Shown here one piece after another: positions 21,991 to 31,921 of a stretch of 38,184 nt of DNA. Under the pieces are notes generated by a model. That model was not told the origin of the DNA and searched no databases. It saw only the letters and a program-made list of their open reading frames with translations. This DNA is from a virus (taxonomy: Duplodnaviria > Heunggongvirae > Uroviricota > Caudoviricetes), in the IMG/VR virus record IMGVR_UViG_2531839529_000007; one strand, 5' to 3'. The first letter of the stretch is position 1; the number at the start of each line of letters is the position of its first letter. The position numbers and the translations under genes were made by a program.

Positions 21991-22346
21991 TGGCCCGTAT
22001 CGGGGGAACCTGTTATTTCAAAATTGACGGTCAGCAGCTATCGCTGACCGGCGGCATTGAGGTGCCCATGAACAGGACGGTCAATGATGACATCATCGGC
22101 CTGGACGGTTCAGTGGACCGCAAGGAAACTCACCGTGCGCCCTATGTCAAAGGGACCTTCAAGGTGCCGAAGAATTTTCCGGTGAGCAAAATCACCTCGT
22201 CTGATGAGATGACCATCACTGCCGAGCTGGCGAACGGTCAGGTCTATGTACTGTCGTCTGCCTGGCTGCACGGCGAAGCGAACCATAATGCCGAAGAAGG
22301 CACGGTTGATCTTGAGTTCCACGGTGAAGAAGGGGATTACCAGTAA
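21990..22346 (+). CDS. Tail tube protein (Mu gpM-like)
   Basis: 118 aa; position between the sheath and chaperone genes. Confidence 0.85.
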   Translation: MARIGGTCYFKIDGQQLSLTGGIEVPMNRTVNDDIIGLDGSVDRKETHRAPYVKGTFKVPKNFPVSKITSSDEMTITAELANGQVYVLSSAWLHGEANHNAEEGTVDLEFHGEEGDYQ

Positions 22347-22615
22347 TGAAAGAGCTTGAGTTAAAGAAACCGATTACTGCTCATGGCGAGACACTCTCCG
22401 TACTTGAGTTTGATGAGCCCACCGGGAAAGATGTCCGCGAGTTGGGGTATCCCTACCAGATGAATCAGGATGAGTCAGTCAGACTTCTGGCGCATGTGGT
22501 ATCGAAATACATTGTGCGGCTGGCGAAAGTGCCGCAAAGCTCTGTCGACCAGATGTCTCCGGCAGACCTGAATGCAGCGGCGTGGCTTGTGGCTGGTTTT
22601 TTCCTCCAGGCCTGA
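22346..22615 (+). CDS. Tail assembly chaperone (short form)
   Basis: 89 aa directly upstream of the tape-measure gene; ends shortly after a slippery heptamer. Confidence 0.8.
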   Translation: MKELELKKPITAHGETLSVLEFDEPTGKDVRELGYPYQMNQDESVRLLAHVVSKYIVRLAKVPQSSVDQMSPADLNAAAWLVAGFFLQA

Positions 22616-22764
22616 CGGCTGAATACCTCACTGATCGCTTCTTTGACTGCGCCAGCTACTGGCGCATTAATCCCTTCGAATTGCTGAATATGCCGATCAG
22701 TGAAATTCCCTTGCTGGTCAGTCAGGCAAACAGGATAGAGCAGGAGAAACGCACACATGGCTGA
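22346..22764 (+). CDS. Tail assembly chaperone, -1 frameshift extended form
   Basis: Slippery heptamer T-TTT-TTC at 22597-22603 in the zero frame (GGT TTT TTC); a -1 shift continues into the overlapping ORF (...FFPPGLTAEYLTDRFF...) that ends at the tape-measure start. Confidence 0.6.
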
Positions 22765-24589
22765 ATTTGAGCTTAAGGCGTTGATCACCGGTGTCGACAG
22801 GCTTTCTCCCGCGCTGTCGAAAATGCAAAAGAAAATCCGGGGATTTAAACGCCAGGCGGAAGAAGCGTCACAGGGTGGGCTGGCGCTTGGTGGCGGACTG
22901 GCTGCGGGTCTGACGCTTTCCCTGAAATCTTATGCCGATCAGGAAAACGCCGCCACCGGGCTGAAAGTTGCCATGATGGATGCGAACGGTGAGGTCGGAA
23001 AGAGCTTTCAGGACATCAATAAACTGGCTATTGGCCTGGGTAACCAGCTACCCGGTACAACGGCTGATTTCCAGAACATGATGCAGATGCTGGTGCGTCA
23101 GGGGATCCCGGCAGAAAACATTCTGGGTGGTGTGGGTAAAGCGACAGCTTATCTTGCGGTACAACTGAAAAAAACACCGGAAGCGGCTGCCGAGTTTGCC
23201 GCAAAGATGCAGGATGCTACCGGAACGGCCTCAGAAGACATGATGGGGCTGTTCGACACAATTCAGAAGGCGTTTTATCTGGGCGTTGACGACACCAACA
23301 TGCTGTCATTCTTCACTAAAACCAGCTCTGTTCTGAAGATGGTGAATAAGGACGGTCTTCAGGCTGCACAGAGTCTTGCCCCCATCAGTGTCATGATGGA
23401 TCAGATGGGGATGAACGGGGAGTCGGCAGGTAATGCCCTGCGAAAAGTTATCCAGTCCGGATTAAGCGTTAAGAAAATCAGGGACGTCAATAAAATCATG
23501 GCCCGCCAGAAACTCGGGGTACAGCTCGATTTTACTGATGGCAAAGGGAGTTTTGGCGGTCTTGATAACATGTTCAGGCAACTGGCAAAGCTGCGAAAAC
23601 TGACCGACGTTAAGCGAACCGGTGTACTTAAGGCAATATTTGGTGATGATGCCGAAACCCTTCAGGTGGTCAATGCTCTGATCGATAAAGGAAAGGATGG
23701 TTACGATCAGATCCAGCAGAAGATGCATAAACAGGCCAGCCTGAATAAACGTGTTCAGGCACAGCTTGGTACGCTGTCCAACCTGTGGGAGGCAATGACG
23801 GGGACCGCAACTAACGGCCTTGCGGCTATTGGCGGCGCATTTTCTGGTGACGCCAAAAATATCACGCAATGGCTGGGGGAGTTGGGGGAAAAATTCACGA
23901 AGTTTGCGGATGAAAATCCCCGGGTTATTCGCGGCGTCGTCGGGCTTGCTGCCGGTCTTGCGATTCTGAAACTGGGATTGATGGGCGTGGGCAGTGCCAT
24001 CAGCATTGTCAGCAGGATCATGTCGATGACGCCGATTGGCATGATTGCGACGGCGATAGCCCTGGCTGCGGGATTAATTATCACTAACTGGGATGTTGTC
24101 GGACCTTATTTCAAGAAGCTCTGGGAAACCATTGGTCCTTATTTTGAGGCTGGCTGGGAACTCCTTAAGAAAGTTTTTGCCTGGTCGCCGATGGGGATGG
24201 TGATCAATAACTGGGGGCCGGTTGTTAAGTGGTTTCAGGATATGTGGGACAAGCTGAAGCCAATTATTGAGTGGTTTACCGACAGTTCCGGTGACACGGT
24301 CGATGCCATTAACTCTGCGCAGTGGGGCGCGGGTGCTTATGATGCTTATGGGACGGGAATACCGGCACGGGGATACACTCCTTATCCGGCGGTGGATCCG
24401 GCTCAGGCAAACAACGCCTCCGATGCCACAGGCTCGAATCCCTTCATGATTAATAAAGCTACCGCGCCAAAAGTTGATGGTGAGATCAAGGTATCATTTA
24501 TAAATATGCCACCAGGTATGCGGGTTACGGAAACACGCTCCAGTGGCATTGATATAAATCACGATGTTGGCTATACCCGATTTTGGTAG
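22757..24589 (+). CDS. Tail tape measure protein
   Basis: 610 aa, alanine/glycine-rich with hydrophobic central segments; position after the chaperone pair. Confidence 0.88.
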   Translation: MAEFELKALITGVDRLSPALSKMQKKIRGFKRQAEEASQGGLALGGGLAAGLTLSLKSYADQENAATGLKVAMMDANGEVGKSFQDINKLAIGLGNQLPGTTADFQNMMQMLVRQGIPAENILGGVGKATAYLAVQLKKTPEAAAEFAAKMQDATGTASEDMMGLFDTIQKAFYLGVDDTNMLSFFTKTSSVLKMVNKDGLQAAQSLAPISVMMDQMGMNGESAGNALRKVIQSGLSVKKIRDVNKIMARQKLGVQLDFTDGKGSFGGLDNMFRQLAKLRKLTDVKRTGVLKAIFGDDAETLQVVNALIDKGKDGYDQIQQKMHKQASLNKRVQAQLGTLSNLWEAMTGTATNGLAAIGGAFSGDAKNITQWLGELGEKFTKFADENPRVIRGVVGLAAGLAILKLGLMGVGSAISIVSRIMSMTPIGMIATAIALAAGLIITNWDVVGPYFKKLWETIGPYFEAGWELLKKVFAWSPMGMVINNWGPVVKWFQDMWDKLKPIIEWFTDSSGDTVDAINSAQWGAGAYDAYGTGIPARGYTPYPAVDPAQANNASDATGSNPFMINKATAPKVDGEIKVSFINMPPGMRVTETRSSGIDINHDVGYTRFW

Positions 24590-24617
24590 CCAGGATTCCC
24601 CTCACATGTATTGCTGG

Positions 24618-24645
24618 TTGTAAGTCATAAATAGAGTGATAGAAT
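24618..24645 (+). promoter_or_regulatory. Sigma-70-type promoter for the tail-module moron
   Basis: -35 TTGTAA (24618-24623), 16-bp spacer, extended -10 TGa-TAGAAT (24637-24645), about 35 nt upstream of the moron ATG. Confidence 0.5.
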
Positions 24646-24680
24646 TAATGCACATTTAGAAAAATGTTAATAGGCGAAAA

Positions 24681-25211
24681 ATGAAAGGCTATATCACAGC
24701 AAGTGTAATTCTTGGAGCAGCGGCTATTTTTTCATCTCTCATAATCTCTGGCAACATCTCCTTTAAAGATGAACATATTATTCAGTTATCTGGAGGAGCC
24801 ATAAAACTTGGTGATGTTTATAAAGAAAATAAATTGATAAGTGCAAAGATTATTTTTCCAGATAATCAGGGTGAACAGATTCTTGTTGTCGACGGCAATC
24901 CTGAAAACTTTAAGGAGGATTTTCAGGAGAAATTAAATAAAGTAATAAAAACTTTAAATGCGTCAAAGAAAAAAGATGAAGAGAAAGTTAGCCTGGATAA
25001 TTTAAGTGTTATTGAAGAGTCTAAACTAGAGCTCGTTTCTGCGGTGCGTTACTCTGCTCAGTATGTTCCTATGTTTACTCTGACGCTGGACAAAAAAGAA
25101 ATTACCATGCCTAAAAATACGGTAATATTTCCATTTGCCAGCGATGAAACAGCTAAGTATTTAAATGAACAACAGCAAAAGTATAAAGATTCGTTGTTTC
25201 TGACTCGCTAA
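24681..25211 (+). CDS. Membrane-anchored hypothetical protein (low-GC moron in the tail operon)
   Basis: 176 aa; N-terminal hydrophobic anchor (ITASVILGAAAIFSSLIISG) and a lysine-rich body; markedly AT-rich compared with flanking tail genes; own promoter and terminator. Confidence 0.7.
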   Translation: MKGYITASVILGAAAIFSSLIISGNISFKDEHIIQLSGGAIKLGDVYKENKLISAKIIFPDNQGEQILVVDGNPENFKEDFQEKLNKVIKTLNASKKKDEEKVSLDNLSVIEESKLELVSAVRYSAQYVPMFTLTLDKKEITMPKNTVIFPFASDETAKYLNEQQQKYKDSLFLTR

Positions 25212-25231
25212 TTAATAAAATTCATTACAAG

Positions 25232-25263
25232 GCCACCTTCTAATAGGTGGCTTTTTTATTTTC
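25232..25263 (+). terminator. Rho-independent terminator after the moron
   Basis: GCCACCT-TCTAAT-AGGTGGC stem-loop followed by TTTTTTATTTT. Confidence 0.75.
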
Positions 25264-25266
25264 GGA

Positions 25267-26601
25267 GTGTATATGACGTGGAAAGACAGGCTTCAGGATG
25301 CGTCATTTCGAGGTGTGCCGTTTAAGGTTGAAGAAGAAAGTGCGGGAACCGGTCGCCGTGTGGAAACACATGAATACCCGAACCGCGACAAGCCCTATAC
25401 CGAAGATCTGGGAAAAGTCACTTTCCGCCCGTCCATCACAGCTTATGTGGTGGGAGATGACTGCTTTGACCAGCGCGATCGCCTGATTGAAGCGCTGAAT
25501 AAACCCGGTCCCGGCACGCTTGTCCACCCGACATATGGTGAGCTGAAAGTCTGTGTTGACGGGGAAGTTCGGGTCAGCACATCGAAAAGTGAAGGGCGTA
25601 TTGTCCGCTTTGACCTGAAGTTTGTCGAAGCAGGAGAACTCTCTTACCCCACATCAGGTGCGGCGACGGCGCAGACGCTGATGTCATCCTGTTCTGCACT
25701 GGATGACTGCATCAGTGACAGCTTCAGCGGTTTCAGTATCGATGGTGTGGCGGATTTCGTGCAGAACGACGTTATCGGTAATGCCAGCATAATGCTGGGG
25801 TATGTTTCTGATGCGATGAAAGTGGTGGATTCTGCCGTATCGGATGCTGCCAGGCTGTTGCAGGGGGATATCTCGGTACTTCTGCCGCCGCCATCGTCAG
25901 GCAAAAATTTCGTTGAGCAGGAGCAGAAAATGTGGCGTACCGGGAAACGCCTTTATGGTAACGCCAGCGACCTGGTCACCATGATCAAAACGCTTTCCGG
26001 TGTCAGCCTCGGCAGCGATCTGCAACCGCGCGGCGTCTGGAAAACGGACAGTAAAACCACCGCCACGGCTACGCAGCAGCGTAATGTGGTTACCAGCACC
26101 CTTCGTACGACCGCAATCAGCGAAGCGGCGTATGCCGTCACCCGATTGCCTGCGCCAACAACTTCCGCGGTGATGCAGAATGCCGCAGTGGGGCAGGCAA
26201 CAACACCTGCGCAGAGCACTGGCTGGCCTTCCGTCACGCATCCGGCACTGAACAATGCACCGGCGGTGAAAAACACGGTTGACCTGCCGACGTGGGAAGA
26301 ACTGACTGACATTCGCGACACACTGAATACGGCAATTGATAAGGAGTTGTCCCGTACAACCAGTGATGCGCTGTTTCTGGCGCTGCGCCGGGTGAAAGCA
26401 GATCTGAATGCGGATATCAACACGCGCCTTGAACAGTCTGCACGGATCATTCAGCGCACACCGGATGAGGTTTTACCCGCGCTGGTGCTGGCGGCGACCT
26501 GGTTTGATAACGCGGCGCGTGACGCGGACATTATCCGGCGTAATGCCATTACGCATCCCGGCTTTGTGCCGGTGATCCCTCTGAAGGTGCCAGTGCAATG
26601 A
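25267..26601 (+). CDS. DNA circulation protein (Mu gpN-like)
   Basis: 444 aa; GTG start; N-terminal TWKDRLQDASFRGVPF... typical of the Mu N family. Confidence 0.8.
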   Translation: MYMTWKDRLQDASFRGVPFKVEEESAGTGRRVETHEYPNRDKPYTEDLGKVTFRPSITAYVVGDDCFDQRDRLIEALNKPGPGTLVHPTYGELKVCVDGEVRVSTSKSEGRIVRFDLKFVEAGELSYPTSGAATAQTLMSSCSALDDCISDSFSGFSIDGVADFVQNDVIGNASIMLGYVSDAMKVVDSAVSDAARLLQGDISVLLPPPSSGKNFVEQEQKMWRTGKRLYGNASDLVTMIKTLSGVSLGSDLQPRGVWKTDSKTTATATQQRNVVTSTLRTTAISEAAYAVTRLPAPTTSAVMQNAAVGQATTPAQSTGWPSVTHPALNNAPAVKNTVDLPTWEELTDIRDTLNTAIDKELSRTTSDALFLALRRVKADLNADINTRLEQSARIIQRTPDEVLPALVLAATWFDNAARDADIIRRNAITHPGFVPVIPLKVPVQ

Positions 26602-27677
26602 ACGATAACGTCACGCTACGGGTAAATGGCCGGGAGTGGAATGGCTGGACATCGGTGCGTATTGGTGCCGGCATTGAACGGCTGGCGCGGGATTTCAGCG
26701 TGGAGATCACCCGCCAGTGGCCGGGGGATGAGGGTATAACCACACTTCAGCCGCGCATTAAAAACGGTTCAAAAGTGGAAGTGCTGATTGGTGATGAGCT
26801 GGTGATCACTGGCTGGGTGGAGGCGACCCCCGTTCGTTACGATGCCCGTTCGGTCAGCACCGGTATTGCCGGGCGTAGTCTGACTGCTGACCTGATTGAC
26901 TGTGCAGCCGAACCGACACAGTTTAACGGACGATCGCTGGTACAGATTGCGCAGGCGCTTGCTGCGCCTTTCGGCATTGAGGTGGTGAACAGCGGTGCGC
27001 CGTCGGGTGTTATTCCTGACGTCCAGCCTGATCACGGCGAAACGGTGATTGAGGTGATCAACAAAATACTCGGTCAGCAGCAGGCGCTGGCTTATGACGA
27101 CCCGCACGGCAGGCTGGTGATTGGTGGTATTGGCTCAACGCGGGCACATACCGCGCTGGTACTCGGGGAAAACATCCTTTCCTGCGATACGGAGAAGAGT
27201 ATCCGGGAGCGGTTTTCTGTTTACCAGGTGGCGGGGCAGCGTGCCGGAAACGACGATGATTTCGGTGAGGCCACCACCACCGCGCTGCGGGCCCGCACAG
27301 AGGACGCATTTATTGCCCGTTACCGTCCGATGTATATCAGGCAGACAGGGCAGGCTACGGGGGCAGGCTGTATTGCCCGTGCGGACTTTGAAGCCCGACA
27401 ACGGGCGGCGCGGACGGATGAAACCACCTATGTGGTGCAGGGCTGGCGACAGGGTAACGGTACGCTGTGGCAGCCCAACCAGCGGGTGATTGTCTTTGAT
27501 CCGGTCTGTGGTTTCGACAATACCGAACTGCTTGTTTCGGAAGTCACGTTTACTCAGGACCAGAACGGCACCCTGACGGAAATCCGTGTCGGCCCACCTG
27601 ATGCTTATCTGCCTGAACCCGAAGCCCCCGGCGCGCGGAAAAAGAAAAAAGCCAGAGTACAGGAGGATCCGTTCTGA
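26598..27677 (+). CDS. Baseplate hub protein (Mu gpP-like)
   Basis: 359 aa; ATGA overlap with the upstream gene; order within the Mu-like baseplate cluster. Confidence 0.8.
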   Translation: MNDNVTLRVNGREWNGWTSVRIGAGIERLARDFSVEITRQWPGDEGITTLQPRIKNGSKVEVLIGDELVITGWVEATPVRYDARSVSTGIAGRSLTADLIDCAAEPTQFNGRSLVQIAQALAAPFGIEVVNSGAPSGVIPDVQPDHGETVIEVINKILGQQQALAYDDPHGRLVIGGIGSTRAHTALVLGENILSCDTEKSIRERFSVYQVAGQRAGNDDDFGEATTTALRARTEDAFIARYRPMYIRQTGQATGAGCIARADFEARQRAARTDETTYVVQGWRQGNGTLWQPNQRVIVFDPVCGFDNTELLVSEVTFTQDQNGTLTEIRVGPPDAYLPEPEAPGARKKKKARVQEDPF

Positions 27678-28225
27678 TGAGGACGATTGAAGCCATGCAG
27701 CGACAACTCCTCGGCCTGATTGGGCGGGCCGTGGTGAAAAGCATCAGTGCCGCCACGAAATGTCAGACCGTGGATGTGTCCCTGATTGCCGGTGAACCCA
27801 AAGCCGGGATTGAACATCTTGAACCCTACGGTTTTACCGCAAGGGCAAACAGCGGTGCGGAAGCGGTGGTGTTGTTTCCGGATGGCGACCGTTCTCATGC
27901 GGTGGTTGTTACGGTGTCGGACCGTCGCTACCGCCTGAAAGGGCTGCAAACGGGGGAGGTGGCTGTCTATGACGATCAGGGGCAGTCCGTGACGCTGACC
28001 CGGGAGGGGATCGTGGTGGACGGTGCAGGTAAAACGATCACGTTTCGCAATGCGCCCAGAGCACGTTTTGAAATGGACCTGGAAGTGACCGGACAGGTGA
28101 AAGGCCTGTGCGACTCCGGCGGCACCACCATGTCAGCGATGCGGCTTGCCTATAACGGGCATCGTCACAGAGAGAACGGTCAGGGCAGTAACACCGACAA
28201 ACCTGATAAAGCGATGGAGGCATGA
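27677..28225 (+). CDS. Baseplate assembly / spike protein (Mu gp45-like)
   Basis: 182 aa; position and family resemblance. Confidence 0.75.
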   Translation: MRTIEAMQRQLLGLIGRAVVKSISAATKCQTVDVSLIAGEPKAGIEHLEPYGFTARANSGAEAVVLFPDGDRSHAVVVTVSDRRYRLKGLQTGEVAVYDDQGQSVTLTREGIVVDGAGKTITFRNAPRARFEMDLEVTGQVKGLCDSGGTTMSAMRLAYNGHRHRENGQGSNTDKPDKAMEA

Positions 28226-28650
28226 TGGAACTGTGGCTGACGGTGAACGGTAAACGCACCTGCGCCAGCGCACCGCTGGATCCGCTGACCCGCGCTGTGG
28301 TGATTTCCCTGTTCACCTGGCGGCGGGCGGAGCCTGATGACAATGCCGACGTCCCGATGGGATGGTGGGGGGATACCTGGCCTGCGGTACAGAATGACCG
28401 TTACGGCTCCCGGCTGTGGCTGCTTCAGCGCAGCAAACTGACCAATCAGCTGGTGCTGACGGTAAGGGGGTATATCCGCGAATGCATGCAATGGATGATT
28501 GATGACGGCGTGGTGTCCCGTATTGATCTGGATATCCGCCGCACCGGGATTAATGAACTGGGTAACAGTATCACTCTCTGGCGTCGTGACGGACCGGTAA
28601 TGATTTCTTTTGATGATCTGTGGAGTGCGATAACGCATGGCGGACAGTGA
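28222..28650 (+). CDS. Baseplate protein (Mu gp46-like, GP46 family)
   Basis: 142 aa; translationally coupled within the baseplate cluster. Confidence 0.75.
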   Translation: MMELWLTVNGKRTCASAPLDPLTRAVVISLFTWRRAEPDDNADVPMGWWGDTWPAVQNDRYGSRLWLLQRSKLTNQLVLTVRGYIRECMQWMIDDGVVSRIDLDIRRTGINELGNSITLWRRDGPVMISFDDLWSAITHGGQ

Positions 28651-29695
28651 ATTTCAGCGCCCGACGCTGGCAGAAAATATCAGTATGCTCCGTAACGATT
28701 TATTCGCCAGGCTGGACGTCAGCGACACGCTCCGGCGCATGGATGAAGACGTGCGGGCAAAGGTGTATGCGGCGGCGCTGCATACGGTTTACGGGTACAT
28801 CGATTATCTGGCAATGAACATGCTGCCTGACCTGTGCGATGAGTCCTGGCTGGCGCGACATGCTGCGATGAAACGGTGTCCGCGCAAGGGGGCCACGGCT
28901 GCCAGCGGGTATATGCGCTGGGAAGGTGTCAGCGATGGCCTGAAGGTGACTGCCGGGAGCGTGATTCAGCGCGATGACCTGGTTCAGTACACGGCAACTG
29001 CCGATGCAACCAGCTCCGGTGGTGTCCTGCGTGTGCCGATCACTTGCTCAACTACAGGCGCGGTCGGTAACGCTGACGACGGTACGGCATTAATCCTGGT
29101 CACGCCGGTGAATGGTCTGCCGTCTTCCGGTGTTGCAGATACCCTGACTGGCGGATTCGATACTGAAGATCTGGAAACGTGGCGCGCCCGCGTCATTGAG
29201 CGGTATTACTGGACGCCGCAGGGCGGGGCTGACGGGGACTATGTCGTCTGGGCTAAAGAAGTGCCCGGCATTACCCGCGCATGGACATACCGTCACTGGA
29301 TGGGAACGGGAACTGTCGGTGTGATGATTGCCAGCAGTGACCTGATTAATCCCATTCCGGAAGAATCAACGGAAACGGCGGCAAGACAACATATCGGGCC
29401 ACTGGCCCCGGTGGCAGGCTCTGATTTGTATGTGTTCAGGCCGGTGGCGCATAAAGTGGATTTTCATATCCGCGTGACGCCGGACACACCGGAAATACGG
29501 GCTGCCATCACCGCCGAGTTGCGTTCGTTCCTGCTGCGTGATGGTTATCCGCAGGGAGAACTGAAGGTGTCGCGTATCAGTGAGGCGATTTCCGGTGCGA
29601 ACGGGGAATACAGCCATCAGTTGCTTGCACCGGCAGACAATATCTCCATTGCAAAAAATGAACTGGCGGTACTGGGGACGATTTCATGGACGTAA
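28637..29695 (+). CDS. Baseplate J-like protein (Mu gp47-like)
   Basis: 352 aa; position and family resemblance. Confidence 0.8.
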   Translation: MADSEFQRPTLAENISMLRNDLFARLDVSDTLRRMDEDVRAKVYAAALHTVYGYIDYLAMNMLPDLCDESWLARHAAMKRCPRKGATAASGYMRWEGVSDGLKVTAGSVIQRDDLVQYTATADATSSGGVLRVPITCSTTGAVGNADDGTALILVTPVNGLPSSGVADTLTGGFDTEDLETWRARVIERYYWTPQGGADGDYVVWAKEVPGITRAWTYRHWMGTGTVGVMIASSDLINPIPEESTETAARQHIGPLAPVAGSDLYVFRPVAHKVDFHIRVTPDTPEIRAAITAELRSFLLRDGYPQGELKVSRISEAISGANGEYSHQLLAPADNISIAKNELAVLGTISWT

Positions 29696-30270
29696 CAAAC
29701 GATGATTACATCCGTCTGTTGTCGGCACTGTTGCCCCCCGGTCCGGCGTGGTCAGCCAGCGATCCGGCGATTGCCGGAGCGGCACCGTCATTAACCCGCA
29801 TTCATCAGCGTGCGGATGCCCTGATGCGGGAGCTGGATCCGCGCACCACCACCGAACTGATAAATCGCTGGGAGCGTCTGTGCGGCCTGCCGGATGAATG
29901 TATTCCAGCGGGAACGCAGACCCTTCGCCAGCGTCAGCAACGACTGGATGCGAAGGTTAACCTGGCGGGCGGCATCAACGAGGATTTTTATCTTGCACAG
30001 CTTGCTGCCCTGGGCAGACCAGATGCCACCATCACGCGATACGACAAAAGCACGTTCACCTGCTCATCGGCCTGTACTGACGCGGTGAATGCGCCGGAAT
30101 GGCGGTATTACTGGCAGGTCAACATGCCAGCCACCACCAACACCACCTGGATGACATGTGGCGATCCCTGTGATTCCGCACTGCGTATCTGGGGTGACAC
30201 CGTTGTCGAGTGTGTGCTTAACAAACTCTGCCCGTCGCATACCTACGTAATTTTTAAATATCCGGAGTAA
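29686..30270 (+). CDS. Tail protein, DUF2313 / YmfQ-like (Mu gp48-like)
   Basis: 194 aa; directly upstream of the tail fibre gene, as in e14-type prophages. Confidence 0.75.
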   Translation: MDVTNDDYIRLLSALLPPGPAWSASDPAIAGAAPSLTRIHQRADALMRELDPRTTTELINRWERLCGLPDECIPAGTQTLRQRQQRLDAKVNLAGGINEDFYLAQLAALGRPDATITRYDKSTFTCSSACTDAVNAPEWRYYWQVNMPATTNTTWMTCGDPCDSALRIWGDTVVECVLNKLCPSHTYVIFKYPE

Positions 30271-30273
30271 TCC

Positions 30274-30924
30274 ATGCATCGTATAGACACGAAAACCGCG
30301 CAGAAGGATAAGTTCGGCGCGGGTAAGAACGGTTTTACCCGTGGTAATCCCCAGACTGGTACGCCTGCCACCGATCTGGATGATGACTACTTTGACATGT
30401 TGCAGGAGGAGCTTTGCAGCGTTGTGGAGGCATCCGGTGCCAGCCTGGAGAAGGGGCGGCATGACCAGTTGCTTACCGCACTTCGCGCACTGCTGTTAAG
30501 CCGCAATAATCCGTTTGGTGATATCAAATCGGACGGCACGGTACCAACGGCTCTCGAAAACCTTGGTTTGGGAGAAGCGGCGAAAAGGGATGTGGGTACA
30601 GGAGAAAATCAGATACCGGATATGTCAGCCTGGAAAAGAAATCCGAGTTCTAATCGCTGGAGAAAATTGCCTGATGGAACCATCATTCAAATGGGAATAT
30701 CAGCATCAGGGCCATTAGGCTCACCTGTAAATATCACCCTGCCGATATCTTTCAGCAATACCAATTATTGTGTTGTTGCATCGTACGATAATGCACGGTC
30801 AGGTGTGTCAACAATGGTTAGTTTTGCAGCATTACCTGTTTCACCATCGCAATTTTCCCTGATGTCATCTGTGACTGAGCAAGGAATAAATCCTTTTGCT
30901 TACTGGATTGCTTTTGGAGATTGA
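30274..30924 (+). CDS. Tail fibre protein (constant N-terminus plus currently expressed variable C-terminus)
   Basis: 216 aa; a 26-bp crossover site inside the gene (30551-30576) separates the constant part from the invertible variable part. Confidence 0.85.
   Translation: MHRIDTKTAQKDKFGAGKNGFTRGNPQTGTPATDLDDDYFDMLQEELCSVVEASGASLEKGRHDQLLTALRALLLSRNNPFGDIKSDGTVPTALENLGLGEAAKRDVGTGENQIPDMSAWKRNPSSNRWRKLPDGTIIQMGISASGPLGSPVNITLPISFSNTNYCVVASYDNARSGVSTMVSFAALPVSPSQFSLMSSVTEQGINPFAYWIAFGD
30551..30576. other. Invertase crossover site (hix/gix-like), left
   Basis: CTCTCGAAAACC-TT-GGTTTGGGAGAA: imperfect 12+2+12 palindrome; its right half-site is identical to the reverse complement of the half-site at 32368-32379. 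Confidence 0.8.
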
Positions 30925-30927
30925 TAA

Positions 30928-31347
30928 ATGGACAGATACTTCTATTCACAAAAAGAAAATGGTTTTTTTACCGATTTAAATAAAGCACCTTCAGATGCTG
31001 TTGAGATAACCACGGATGAATGGCTATCACTACTGGATGGTCAGGATAATGGCATGAAAATAGTCAGCAATCAGGAGGGATATCCGGTTTTGACAGAGCA
31101 ACCACCTTTATCAAAAGAAAACCTTATTGCATTGGCAGAGTTGAAAAAAGGAAAACTTATTAATGAAGCCAACGAGCACATGAACAGCAGGCAATGGCCT
31201 GGTAAAGCGGCTATTGGTCGTCTGAAAGGTGAGGAACTGGCGCAATATAATTTGTGGCTGGATTATCTGGACGCACTGGAACTGGTTGATTCCTCCAGTG
31301 CGCCAGATATTGAATGGCCTACGCCTCCGGCAGTTCAGGCCAGATGA
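30928..31347 (+). CDS. Tail fibre assembly protein (currently expressed orientation)
   Basis: 139 aa directly after the tail fibre gene. Confidence 0.8.
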   Translation: MDRYFYSQKENGFFTDLNKAPSDAVEITTDEWLSLLDGQDNGMKIVSNQEGYPVLTEQPPLSKENLIALAELKKGKLINEANEHMNSRQWPGKAAIGRLKGEELAQYNLWLDYLDALELVDSSSAPDIEWPTPPAVQAR

Positions 31348-31921
31348 CATCCGGCGCGGTGCTGGTATCTGTTGCCGTCACCGCGTCAATGTAATCCAGC
31401 ACAGCGTTAAGTCGGGTGGTTTCTGCCTGCGTCAGCTTCCGTCCGGCCTGTAGTTTCAGTTGAATCAGACTAATGGAAGCCATTGCTGCATCAATAAGTG
31501 ACTGGCGCAGTGCTTCTGCCGCGTCTACTGCGGCATTATGCTGTGCCTCAGTATCTGTCACCCATTTCTCACCATCCCATTTATCGTATGGCGTTAACGG
31601 GGCGATAGTGGTTGTATTATCAGGGTAATCACCCGGAGCTGTGATTTCTTTTGATTCTCCTGTTTCGGTGCTAAAGACGATTTCACCGCGATGGTCTGGC
31701 ACATATTCCCATGAGTTAAAATCTGCAGATCGGCAGATTGCATAACCAGTTTTGTATGAGCCAGGAGCATCTAAACAGGAACATGCCGGAATGCCGACAC
31801 CCACAGCAAGATATTCAGTTGATGTGAAAATATATTCCCGTGTTTCACCATCATAGTTATAAACCGTAATATTTCCTGCCTGGGTGGCGATAAATTCGTT
31901 ATTTAATACAGCGTAATCCAT
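31319..31921 (-). CDS. Alternative tail fibre assembly protein (inverted orientation)
   Basis: 200 aa on the minus strand, TAATG-coupled to the alternative fibre C-terminal segment; converges on the plus-strand tfa. Confidence 0.8.
   Translation of the reverse strand: MDYAVLNNEFIATQAGNITVYNYDGETREYIFTSTEYLAVGVGIPACSCLDAPGSYKTGYAICRSADFNSWEYVPDHRGEIVFSTETGESKEITAPGDYPDNTTTIAPLTPYDKWDGEKWVTDTEAQHNAAVDAAEALRQSLIDAAMASISLIQLKLQAGRKLTQAETTRLNAVLDYIDAVTATDTSTAPDVIWPELPEA

Noticed and set aside
25897-26450. Minus-strand ORFs (114 and 165 aa) inside the gpN-like gene, and similar antisense ORFs inside other structural genes (for example 19130..19627 and 23462..24084)
   Set aside because: They are embedded antisense in translationally coupled structural genes, are rich in Arg/Ala/Ser from GC-rich antisense codons, and lack ribosome-binding sites.
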